From assembly GCA_964610145.1 (NCBI GenBank), contig CAZSVD010000334.1, positions 1-38,235 on the forward strand: a stretch of DNA of 38,235 bases. The letters run 5' to 3'. The notes under the pieces were generated by a model. The model was given only the letters and a program-made list of their open reading frames with translations, had not been told where the DNA came from and did no database searches. Shown one piece after another: positions 10,801-18,688 of the stretch. The translations under genes were made by a program, and so were the position numbers. This stretch comes from an uncultured bacterium (GTDB lineage: Bacteria > Omnitrophota > Omnitrophia > Omnitrophales > Aquincolibacteriaceae). Every line of letters begins with the position of its first letter. The stretch's first letter is position 1.

Positions 10801-11619
10801 ATGAATAAAAATATTTTTTTAACAGCATGCGTCCTGCTATTTCTAAATATTTTTTTCACGCCGGAATCCTGCGCTAAAAATCTCAACGTGGATTCGCTTT
10901 CAAAAAAAGACAAAAAAGTCGTGGATGCCATTCTGACGAAAACAACGCCGCTGATTGATTCTAAAAAAGCGTCGGGCAATGTAAATTTACTGGAATGGAA
11001 TGAATTATTCGAAAGTCTTAACCGAAAAGAAAAAAGATTTTTGAAAAAAATGTGCCGTCTACGCCCTTCAGACCTCGGAGTTCAAACGCCACAGCAAAAT
11101 GATAAAAATGAAAAAACTCATTTTTTGGAAATAAAGAATCAGTCCATTTTAAAAGACGGCAAGCCTTATATCCTGCCGACTCAGGCGGTATCCGAGCCTG
11201 CTTTTAAGGCCTTTGAGCAAATGATGAATGCTATGGAAAAAGATATCGGCAAAAAACTCTACATTGAATCCGCACACCGCTCGCCCGCTTATCAGCTTTG
11301 GCTTTTTATTTTTTACCTACAAACCGAACATCATTACTCAATCCGTGAAACAGGAAAGCTCAGCGCTTTACCGGGATACAGCGAACACAATCTGGACGCG
11401 GGACATGCTGTGGATTTGATCAGTGCGGAAGGAATTAACGGAGATCCGGACGTTGAAAAATACGAAGCTTTACCGGAACATCAGTGGATGTTGAAACATG
11501 CGGGCGCGTACGGATTTACCCTCTCTTATCCGCGCAAAAACCCTTGGGGAATTTCCTATGAACCTTGGCATTGGAAATTCAATGCGGTCACTCAACAACC
11601 CGTTGAATCAAAAAAATAA
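10801..11619 (+). CDS. Peptidase M15B (VanY-type D-alanyl-D-alanine carboxypeptidase) family, exported
   Basis: 272 aa with an N-terminal hydrophobic signal or anchor. The zinc-binding motifs are SEHNLDAGHAVD and EPWHW. Confidence 0.8.
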   Translation: MNKNIFLTACVLLFLNIFFTPESCAKNLNVDSLSKKDKKVVDAILTKTTPLIDSKKASGNVNLLEWNELFESLNRKEKRFLKKMCRLRPSDLGVQTPQQNDKNEKTHFLEIKNQSILKDGKPYILPTQAVSEPAFKAFEQMMNAMEKDIGKKLYIESAHRSPAYQLWLFIFYLQTEHHYSIRETGKLSALPGYSEHNLDAGHAVDLISAEGINGDPDVEKYEALPEHQWMLKHAGAYGFTLSYPRKNPWGISYEPWHWKFNAVTQQPVESKK

Positions 11620-11700
11620 AAGAAGCTTCCGTCGCAGCGGACTCACCATTGCAAAAACTCGCCGCATCAAAAAATTTCTCCGAAGATTTCGGAAAAATTT

Positions 11701-11778
11701 TTAAGGGAAGAAATGAAACTTGATAAAAATAATGGAAACGAGCGTAACCAGAATGTAAGAAATTTTCTGAGTGTTCAT
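11701..11778 (-). CDS. Candidate 25-aa hydrophobic small protein
   Basis: The minus strand reads AAGGAG-cgtgta-ATG (perfect SD, 6-nt spacer). The ORF is MNTQKISYILVTLVSIIFIKFHFFP-stop, consistent with one TM helix. The stop abuts a 15-bp A/T-flanked hairpin (11670..11702). It falls below the ORF-track cut-off. There is no homology evidence. Confidence 0.3.
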   Translation of the reverse strand: MNTQKISYILVTLVSIIFIKFHFFP

Positions 11779-11954
11779 TACACGCTCCTTTGGGTTACTT
11801 ATCTCTTCGTCCATTTTATAAACACTCTTTACTAAGAAATAGTTATTTAATGCATAAAAATAGTTTTTCATAAGCTTGTTGTTTTGGCCGATAGAAAATG
11901 ACCGAGGGTTTTATTTGAATCGTCTCTTTTACGAAGCTAAAATCAAATCTTAAT

Positions 11955-14510
11955 ATGGATAACCGCATCATTAAAAAAATAGGCACATGGCTGGGTTTAC
12001 TGCTTTTGGCGGGCTGTTTGTGGGTGCTCCACCAAGAGCTAAAAACCTACCACCTTGCCGATATCGCTTCAAATCTACGCTCTATTCCAAGAATAAAACT
12101 ATTTCAGGCCGCGATCATCACCCTCCTCGATTTCGCTGTTTTAATTTTTTGCGAAATACTTAGTTTTCGCTACGTTCAAAAGAAACTTTCCGGAGCTAAA
12201 ATCGCGCTAACTTCTTTTGTTGCTTATTCTTTTTCAAACAGCGCGGGATTTTCAGGATTCTCCGGTGCCTCTGTGCGCTACCGTTTTTACTCGGCCTTCG
12301 GGCTTTCAGGATTTGGAATCGCAAAACTGATTGCCTTCGTAAACAGCTCATTTGCTTTTGGGTTTTTGCTTCTGGCAGGCCTTGTCTTTACATGGAAACC
12401 ATTCCCCATACCCGCTCAACTCCATTTACCTTTCGTTTCGTCCCAGCCTCTGGGTTTATTTTTTTTATTCATTGTCATTTTTTATTTTGCCTGGATTTAT
12501 TCCCGTAAAACCCCTCTCAAATTTAAAGAATGGGAATTTGAACTGCCACGCTTCAATCTGACCTGCGTTCAAATCTTTCTCGCGGCTTTTGATTTTCTTT
12601 TGCTCGGCGCGGTTTTTTATGTCTTGCTTCCGGCCTCTGCGAATCTTCCGTTCGACACTTTTACGGCCGTTTATCTTTTGGCCATGGCCGCCGGTATCAT
12701 CAGTCAGGTTCCGGGAGGACTTGGAGTTTTTGAAACAGTCATGGTCATGACCCTCCCAAACATCTCAAAGCCCGTACTTCTGGGAAGCTTGCTTGCTTAT
12801 CGAACCATTTATTATCTTTTGCCGCTTGGCATCGGTGCGTTCTTGCTCGGAGTTCATGAATTGCGCCACCGCCGTGAGCAGCTCAAAGAAATGAGTGACT
12901 ATTTTACAAATGCCTCGGTTCACTTCCTGCCTTTCTTTATTTCATTGGCGGTATTTTTAAGCGGAACCATTTTACTTTTATCGGGCTCAACGCCCCATGT
13001 CGTTGAACGCATTGTCTGGTTGCGTGAACTTATTCCTTTGCCCGTCATGGAAATCTCTCACTTCCTGGGCAGCATCGTGGGCGCGGGCTTGCTTGTGCTG
13101 GCATGGGGCATTCAAAAACGTTTAAATGCGGCTTATCCGCTGACAATCCTGCTTTTAAGCGGGGGTATTTTGCTTTCTTTGATCAAGGGTTTCGATTATG
13201 AAGAAGCGCTTGTTCTCTCGCTTATGCTTGGCATGACACTTCCCTGCAAGCGGCACTTTTACAGAAAAACATCGCTTATGAATGAACCCTTTTCGGGAAG
13301 CTGGATACTCGCGATTACACTGGCTCTATTTGCCTCCGTGTGGCTGGGACTTTTCGCTTATAAACATGTGGGATACTCCCATGATTTATGGTGGCGTTTC
13401 GCATTCCATGAAGACGCCCCGCGATTTATGCGCGCGTCCGTGGGGGCTATCACCGTGCTTTTCATTTTCGCGCTCATGCGTTTGCTCATGCCCGCGAAAT
13501 TAAAACCGACCCGGCCCAGTCCGGAAGAAATCGATATCGCCACAGCTATCGTAAAAAAATCGCCGCACACTTCGTCTCAATTAGCTTTGCTGGGCGATAA
13601 ACTATTCCGGTTCAACGAAAAAAGAAACGCATTCATCATGTACGCGATTCAGGGCACTTCCTGGGTCACCTTCGGCGATCCTGTCGGGCCGGCTGAAGAA
13701 ACTCAGGAGCTCATTTGGGATTATCACGAGCAAGTCGACATCAACGGCGGCTCCACGGTTTTTTACGATGTCTCCAAGGAAAATCTTTTCCGCTATTTGG
13801 ATCTCGGTCTTGTCCCGATCAAAATGGGCGAAGAGGCCCGTATTCCTTTAGAAAATTTCTCTTTGGAAGGCGGCCGGTTCAAAAATTTGCGCTCCACTGT
13901 GAGCTCTTTTCAAAAACACAACTGCACATTCGAAATCATTCCCGAAACCAAAGTTCCCGCGCTTCTTCCGGAGCTTAAAAAAATATCCGATCGCTGGCTT
14001 GCCGATAAAAACACGAAAGAAAAAGGCTTTTCGTTGGGATTTTTTGATGAAAATTATCTTCGGAATTTTCCCGTTTCAATTATTCGTCGCGATGAAAAGA
14101 TCATCGCCTTCACAAACCTTTGGCTCAGCGCGGAGAAGGAAGAGCTCTCGGTCGATTTGATGCGTTATGACACGGCTGCCGCACCGAACGGGGTCATGGA
14201 TTATCTTTTTATTCAATTGATGCTTTGGGGGCAGGCTCAGGGCTATCGTTGGTTTAACCTGGGCATGGCGCCGCTTTCAGGTCTTGAAGACCGTACACTT
14301 GCGCCGCTTTGGAATAAGCTCGGTGCATTTCTATTTCGTCACGGGGAACACTTTTACAACTTCCAGGGTCTGCGCCAATACAAAGAAAAATTCCATCCTG
14401 TTTGGGAACCCAAATATTTGATTTCACCGGGAGGTTTTGCTCTGCCGCGCATTCTTACGGATATTGCCACGCTTATTTCAGGAGATCTGAAAGGCCTTGT
14501 CCGTAAATAA
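11955..14510 (+). CDS. mprF: Bifunctional lysyl-phosphatidylglycerol flippase/synthetase MprF
   Basis: 851 aa. An N-terminal flippase domain of about 14 TM segments precedes the C-terminal aminoacyl-PG synthase domain (DUF2156-like, ..FSLGFFDENYL.. ..NLGMAPLSGL..YKEKF..). Confidence 0.9.
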   Translation: MDNRIIKKIGTWLGLLLLAGCLWVLHQELKTYHLADIASNLRSIPRIKLFQAAIITLLDFAVLIFCEILSFRYVQKKLSGAKIALTSFVAYSFSNSAGFSGFSGASVRYRFYSAFGLSGFGIAKLIAFVNSSFAFGFLLLAGLVFTWKPFPIPAQLHLPFVSSQPLGLFFLFIVIFYFAWIYSRKTPLKFKEWEFELPRFNLTCVQIFLAAFDFLLLGAVFYVLLPASANLPFDTFTAVYLLAMAAGIISQVPGGLGVFETVMVMTLPNISKPVLLGSLLAYRTIYYLLPLGIGAFLLGVHELRHRREQLKEMSDYFTNASVHFLPFFISLAVFLSGTILLLSGSTPHVVERIVWLRELIPLPVMEISHFLGSIVGAGLLVLAWGIQKRLNAAYPLTILLLSGGILLSLIKGFDYEEALVLSLMLGMTLPCKRHFYRKTSLMNEPFSGSWILAITLALFASVWLGLFAYKHVGYSHDLWWRFAFHEDAPRFMRASVGAITVLFIFALMRLLMPAKLKPTRPSPEEIDIATAIVKKSPHTSSQLALLGDKLFRFNEKRNAFIMYAIQGTSWVTFGDPVGPAEETQELIWDYHEQVDINGGSTVFYDVSKENLFRYLDLGLVPIKMGEEARIPLENFSLEGGRFKNLRSTVSSFQKHNCTFEIIPETKVPALLPELKKISDRWLADKNTKEKGFSLGFFDENYLRNFPVSIIRRDEKIIAFTNLWLSAEKEELSVDLMRYDTAAAPNGVMDYLFIQLMLWGQAQGYRWFNLGMAPLSGLEDRTLAPLWNKLGAFLFRHGEHFYNFQGLRQYKEKFHPVWEPKYLISPGGFALPRILTDIATLISGDLKGLVRK

Positions 14511-14541
14511 ACCTCTCTCCGTTCGCGCAAATCTTAATTTT

Positions 14542-14550
14542 TGATAGAAT
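14542..14550 (+). promoter_or_regulatory. Extended -10 box (TGaTAGAAT) 6 nt upstream of the response-regulator ATG
   Basis: tgatagaat aagcgc ATG(14557), with no SD. Confidence 0.4.
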
Positions 14551-14556
14551 AAGCGC

Positions 14557-15234
14557 ATGCGCATTCTTTTAGCCGAAGATGAAAAACGGGTTTCTTCTTT
14601 TATTCAACGCGGATTAAAAGAAGAAGGTTTCGTCGTTGACGCCGCTTTGGACGGCGAAAAAGCACTCGAACTTGCCGAGCTGAATCCTTATGATTTAATT
14701 ATCCTGGACATCATGCTCCCCAAACAAGATGGCCTTGAAATTTGCCGCAAACTGCGTTTCAAAAAAATCGAGACGCCGATTCTTATGCTTACCGCGAAAA
14801 ACAGCACCAAAGATAAGGTGTCCGGGCTCAATGCCGGCGCGGATGACTACTTGGCCAAGCCTTTTGAGTTCGAGGAATTTATCGCGCGCGTCCGCGCTCT
14901 TACCCGCAGAAAATCGAGCTCAAAACAAGCAATTTTACAGGTGGATGACTTGATTCTTGATCCGCTGACACACCGGGTCAGCCGCGCAGGAAAAGAAATC
15001 CATCTCACCGCGAAAGAATACACCCTGCTTTATTATTTTATGCAAAATGCGAATCAATTGGTGACCCGTACCATGATTTCAGAACATGTCTGGAATGAAA
15101 GCTTTGATACTTTTACCAACGTCATTGATGTTTACGTGAATTATTTGCGCAAAAAAATTGACGACGGATTTGATCGCCCTTTGATTCAAACCATGCGCGG
15201 CTCAGGCTATATCTTTAAAAGCCTTAAGTCTTGA
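14557..15234 (+). CDS. OmpR-family response regulator, CusR/CopR-like
   Basis: 225 aa with a receiver domain plus winged-helix domain. The strings GFVVD, YDLIILDIMLP and GADDYLAKPFEFEEFIARVRAL closely resemble heavy-metal-type regulators such as CusR, compared from memory. Confidence 0.9.
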   Translation: MRILLAEDEKRVSSFIQRGLKEEGFVVDAALDGEKALELAELNPYDLIILDIMLPKQDGLEICRKLRFKKIETPILMLTAKNSTKDKVSGLNAGADDYLAKPFEFEEFIARVRALTRRKSSSKQAILQVDDLILDPLTHRVSRAGKEIHLTAKEYTLLYYFMQNANQLVTRTMISEHVWNESFDTFTNVIDVYVNYLRKKIDDGFDRPLIQTMRGSGYIFKSLKS

Positions 15235-16718
15235 AAACCAATACAATCCATTTCAAAGTCGGTGTTCTTTACTCGGGTGTGTTAGGTGCCATCCTGATTG
15301 TTTACAGCTTAATCGTGATTGGAGTGCTTCAGCAAACGCTCGCGCGCGATATTGACAAACGTCTTGAAATTAAAACTCACGAAGTCACGGCTCTGGTTAA
15401 CTCTCTCATTCAAATCGAATTGAGCTCATCGGTTTATCAGCTATCCGCTTTGAATGCAGCCTCACAACGTATGATGCAGCTACATCGACTGGACTATTCC
15501 GGAGCCGCAAACGCTCTTGAAACCCGCATTCTTGAAATGATGGATCGTTATGAGCTGCATGATGACTACTTTGCGATCACAAACGCCGATGGCAAACTCA
15601 TCGCCAGCTCACAAAACACACCGCAAGATGTCCGGCGCATGCTGCTTGAAAAAATCATCCAAAATTTAAAATCGGGCAAACGTTTTTCAACTCTCAGCTA
15701 CAAGTCAAAAAAAATCCGGCTTGTAACCACGCGCGTTCAATCGCCTCTGGGCGCGTCTTATTTTATTCAAATCGCATCATCGCTTGCCTCTGTCGGTCGG
15801 GCGTCTCAAAAATTATTTTGGGTCATTCTCTTTACCCTCCCGTTGACAATTTTGCTAACTCGCTTCACGGGACGCTTGCTGATTTCTAAAATTTTAAAAC
15901 CTGTCAGTCTCGTAGCGAAAGCGGCGGAATCCATTACGCACGAAGATCTCAGTCACCGCGTGCGATCAGAACACGCGGACGCTGAAATGCAGGAGCTCAT
16001 GCGGGCTTTTAACAACATGATTGAAAGACTTGAAAAATCGTTTGGTCACATCTCTGAGTTCAGTACTCATGTCGCGCATGAACTTAAAACGCCGCTCGCG
16101 GTGATCCGCGGAGAAGCTGAACTTGCTCTGCGTAAAGAGCGCGAACCTGCGGAATACCGCGAAGCTTTGGAAGCAAATCTGCGCGAATCCGCGCGCATGG
16201 TCAAAATTATTGATGACATGCTGCTTTTAGCGCGTGTGGATTATGACCCGCAAAGCTTAAGCTTCCAGCCTCTGGATTTGAATGAATTTATTCGGGACAT
16301 CATCGAAAAAGAACAGCTCCTCTCAGAAAAAAAGGGAATAAAAATCCACGCCGATATTCCGAATGAAAAAATAAAAATTTCAGCGGATGAAGTGCATCTG
16401 CGCCGGCTCTTTTTCAATATCCTTGAAAACGCGGCTAAATTCACTCCCGAATCGGGAAACATCCATCTGCGGGTTGAAAAAAATGGGAACCAGGCTTCCA
16501 TTCGCATCCGCGATAGCGGCCCCGGAATTCCTCCGGAATATTTGCCCAAAGTCTTTGACAAGTTTTTCCATAAAGACCGAAACGGAAGCGGCGCAGGTAA
16601 TGGACTCGGGCTCAGCATCGCGCTTTCCATCGCCAAAGCGCATCAGGGCTCCATCTCGGTAGAAAGCTCCCCGGGACAAGGCGCTGAATTCACGGTCTTG
16701 CTTCCGGTCCAAAATTAG
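15231..16718 (+). CDS. Sensor histidine kinase (2 TM, periplasmic loop, HAMP, HisKA, HATPase_c)
   Basis: 495 aa. The H-box is EFSTHVAHELKTPLA, and N/G boxes are present. The TTG start overlaps the regulator stop (TTGA). Confidence 0.92.
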   Translation: MKTNTIHFKVGVLYSGVLGAILIVYSLIVIGVLQQTLARDIDKRLEIKTHEVTALVNSLIQIELSSSVYQLSALNAASQRMMQLHRLDYSGAANALETRILEMMDRYELHDDYFAITNADGKLIASSQNTPQDVRRMLLEKIIQNLKSGKRFSTLSYKSKKIRLVTTRVQSPLGASYFIQIASSLASVGRASQKLFWVILFTLPLTILLTRFTGRLLISKILKPVSLVAKAAESITHEDLSHRVRSEHADAEMQELMRAFNNMIERLEKSFGHISEFSTHVAHELKTPLAVIRGEAELALRKEREPAEYREALEANLRESARMVKIIDDMLLLARVDYDPQSLSFQPLDLNEFIRDIIEKEQLLSEKKGIKIHADIPNEKIKISADEVHLRRLFFNILENAAKFTPESGNIHLRVEKNGNQASIRIRDSGPGIPPEYLPKVFDKFFHKDRNGSGAGNGLGLSIALSIAKAHQGSISVESSPGQGAEFTVLLPVQN

Positions 16719-16734
16719 AAATTTCTAATTTTGG
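16709..16734. repeat. Perfect 26-bp palindrome CCAAAATTAGAAATTTCTAATTTTGG spanning the kinase stop codon
   Basis: Verified base by base to be its own reverse complement. TAG at 16716..16718 lies inside it. It sits 78 nt upstream of the orphan receiver gene. Confidence 0.95.
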
Positions 16735-16811
16735 ATTAATCTTCCTCTCATTCGCCTTCAGTTAGATTTCTCCTAGAAGCAAGCAAATCATTGCTGCTTC
16801 AAAAGGAAATC

Positions 16812-17189
16812 ATGAAAAGCCATATTCTTTTGATTGATGATGATGCGGGCATACGCAATCTCTACGGCAAACTCTTAAGAGACGAAGGCTACGAAGTTTA
16901 CTTATCTCCCAATGCAAAATTTGCGGCAGAGGTCCTCTTTATGCAAGACCTCGATCTCGTACTACTCGATATTAATCTTCCCGATTTCGGCGGTGAAATG
17001 ATGTTTGATGTCATTCGTGACTACAACCCGAAACTCAAAATCATGGTCGCCAGTGTTTATCCCCTGGCGCATCAAAAAAAATGGATTCCGAAAGCGACGG
17101 CTTATTTTGATAAGGCACAAGGCGCGCGAGCATTGCTTGAAACAATTCGGGTAACGCTTAATCCGGATTTCACAAAACAGTCTGCTTAA
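16812..17189 (+). CDS. Stand-alone CheY-like receiver protein
   Basis: The acidic pocket DDD, the phospho-acceptor context LVLLDINLP, and conserved S and K positions are present. There is no output domain. I prefer ATG 16812 (SD aaagga) over the TTG at 16791. Confidence 0.85.
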   Translation: MKSHILLIDDDAGIRNLYGKLLRDEGYEVYLSPNAKFAAEVLFMQDLDLVLLDINLPDFGGEMMFDVIRDYNPKLKIMVASVYPLAHQKKWIPKATAYFDKAQGARALLETIRVTLNPDFTKQSA

Positions 17190-17233
17190 CAAAACAAAAT
17201 CCTCAAAAAGGATTTACAAAAAGGAGAACATCT

Positions 17234-17458
17234 ATGAAAAAAAATAACATTGTTTGGCTGGCATTCTTTGCGGCTATTCTTGCGACATCCGGCGCATTTG
17301 CCGCGGATACAACGACTGCCGCGCCGACAACGCAGACTGCTTCGGCACCCGGCACAACTGTCGCGGAAACCGCGAAGCATCATGTCCGTCACCATGCCGT
17401 AAAAAAGCATCATATCGAAAACAAAACAAAAGAAACGACCCCCAAAAAGCCCGCATAA
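17234..17458 (+). CDS. Secreted 74-aa Thr/Ala-rich, His-rich small protein
   Basis: SD aaaggag. The signal peptide is MKKNNIVWLAFFAAILATSGAFA|AD (AxA site). The mature part contains HHVRHHAVKKHH. A strong terminator follows directly. Confidence 0.6.
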   Translation: MKKNNIVWLAFFAAILATSGAFAADTTTAAPTTQTASAPGTTVAETAKHHVRHHAVKKHHIENKTKETTPKKPA

Positions 17459-17470
17459 AGGGGCACAAAA

Positions 17471-17504
17471 AGCTTCTCCCGGAATCATTCCGGGAGAAGC
17501 TTTT
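17471..17504 (+). terminator. Rho-independent terminator
   Basis: agcttctcccggaa / ttccgggagaagct form a perfect 14-bp stem with a 3-nt loop, followed by TTTT. Confidence 0.85.
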
Positions 17505-17518
17505 ATAAGGAGGGAAAT

Positions 17519-18091
17519 ATGAAAAAACTCATTCTCCTTTTGGTTGCGCTGCTCATGTCATTAACAGGGCTCAGCAGCGAAGATTCGGCAACAGCCCAGG
17601 AAAGCTCATCCAAAGATCCGCAGCCGGATAGGGCAATTGAAAGCGGAAATGATTTTTTTTCGGCGTGGAATCCGGACTCAGAAATTCTGCACATGCATCA
17701 ACAAATGCAAAGGCTTATGCAAATGACTTCCCTGCAAGCACGAAATCGCCCGGCTCTCTTTAATTCTTCTTTGGGCTCAGCAGCACTCAAAGATATGAAG
17801 TCCGAATATCAGCTTGGGCTGGATTGGCCCGAAATGGATAAAAATAAAATTCAAATCACGGTCGCGCAACACCGTTTGCGTATTTCCGGAGAACAAAAAA
17901 TTGAAAATGAATATCAGGACGAACATTCCAACCGTGTAGAAACCAGCTTCCGCTCCGTGGAACGCATTATTAACCTGCCCGAGGATGCCGACGAAGAACA
18001 GGTTAGCGCGGATTACAAAAAGAATCGCTTGATTGTTCACATCGCTAAAAAGGCTCCGCCCGAGCCTGAAAGGAAGGTGGCCGTTAATTAA
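17519..18091 (+). CDS. Hsp20/alpha-crystallin-domain protein with an N-terminal signal peptide
   Basis: SD aaggaggg. The N-terminus MKKLILLLVALLMSLTGLSS is signal-like. The C-terminal roughly 90 aa match the sHSP alpha-crystallin domain pattern (..LGLDWPEMDKNKIQITVAQHRLRISGEQK....FRSVERIINLPEDADEEQVSADYKKNRLIVHIAK). Confidence 0.75.
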   Translation: MKKLILLLVALLMSLTGLSSEDSATAQESSSKDPQPDRAIESGNDFFSAWNPDSEILHMHQQMQRLMQMTSLQARNRPALFNSSLGSAALKDMKSEYQLGLDWPEMDKNKIQITVAQHRLRISGEQKIENEYQDEHSNRVETSFRSVERIINLPEDADEEQVSADYKKNRLIVHIAKKAPPEPERKVAVN

Positions 18092-18121
18092 TCGGCTTGC
18101 TTTTACCCCAAACAAGAATCG

Positions 18122-18165
18122 GCCCGGAGAAACTCACGCTTTGGTTTCTCCGGGCTGTTGTTTTT
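18122..18165 (+). terminator. Rho-independent terminator
   Basis: gcccggagaaac / gtttctccgggc form a perfect 12-bp stem with a 10-nt loop, followed by tgttgttttt. Confidence 0.8.
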
Positions 18166-18220
18166 ATTCTCTTCGTTTCCTGCTCTTCCCGCTGTTAAAA
18201 TATCCGCGAGGTTTTTACTG

Positions 18221-18688
18221 ATGAAAAAATTCATGCAAAAAGCAATTCAATCGGCGGAAAAAGGGATTCTTCAGGGCGACGGCGGTCCTTTCGGCGCCTG
18301 TATTGTTAAAAACGGAAAAATTCTCGCAACGGCTCACAATTGTGTTTTAAAAGAAAAAGACCCGACCTGCCATGCTGAAATCACAGCGATTCGGATTGCC
18401 GCAAAAAAAATCAAAACATTTGATTTATCCGGCTGTGAAATTTATTCCACGACAGAACCTTGCCCAATGTGCTTTTCAGCCATTCACTGGGCACGCATCT
18501 CAAAGATTGTTTACGGAACATCCATCGCCGATGTCGCCCGCCGCGGCTTCAATGAACTTGCTGTTTCAAACGCGACTCTCAAAAAGATCGGCAAACTCAA
18601 ATTGAGCGTCAAAAAAGGCTTTGAACGCGAAGCCTGCCTTCAGCTTTTAAAAAAATGGGACTCTCTTGAATTTAAAAAACTCTACTGA
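18221..18688 (+). CDS. CDA-fold nucleoside deaminase (guanine/cytosine deaminase-like)
   Basis: The zinc motifs are CHAE and PCPMC. The roughly 155-aa size matches GuaD-type enzymes. I prefer ATG 18221 because the track start at 18158 lies inside the upstream terminator. Confidence 0.8.
   Translation: MKKFMQKAIQSAEKGILQGDGGPFGACIVKNGKILATAHNCVLKEKDPTCHAEITAIRIAAKKIKTFDLSGCEIYSTTEPCPMCFSAIHWARISKIVYGTSIADVARRGFNELAVSNATLKKIGKLKLSVKKGFEREACLQLLKKWDSLEFKKLY

Noticed and set aside
10801-10817. Identical 17-nt gene starts (ATGAATAAAAATATTTT, MNKNIF) at 10801 and 19937
   Set aside because: It is an AT-rich short match confined to the first six codons of two unrelated exported or membrane proteins. 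It is most simply coincidence or a common N-terminal codon bias.
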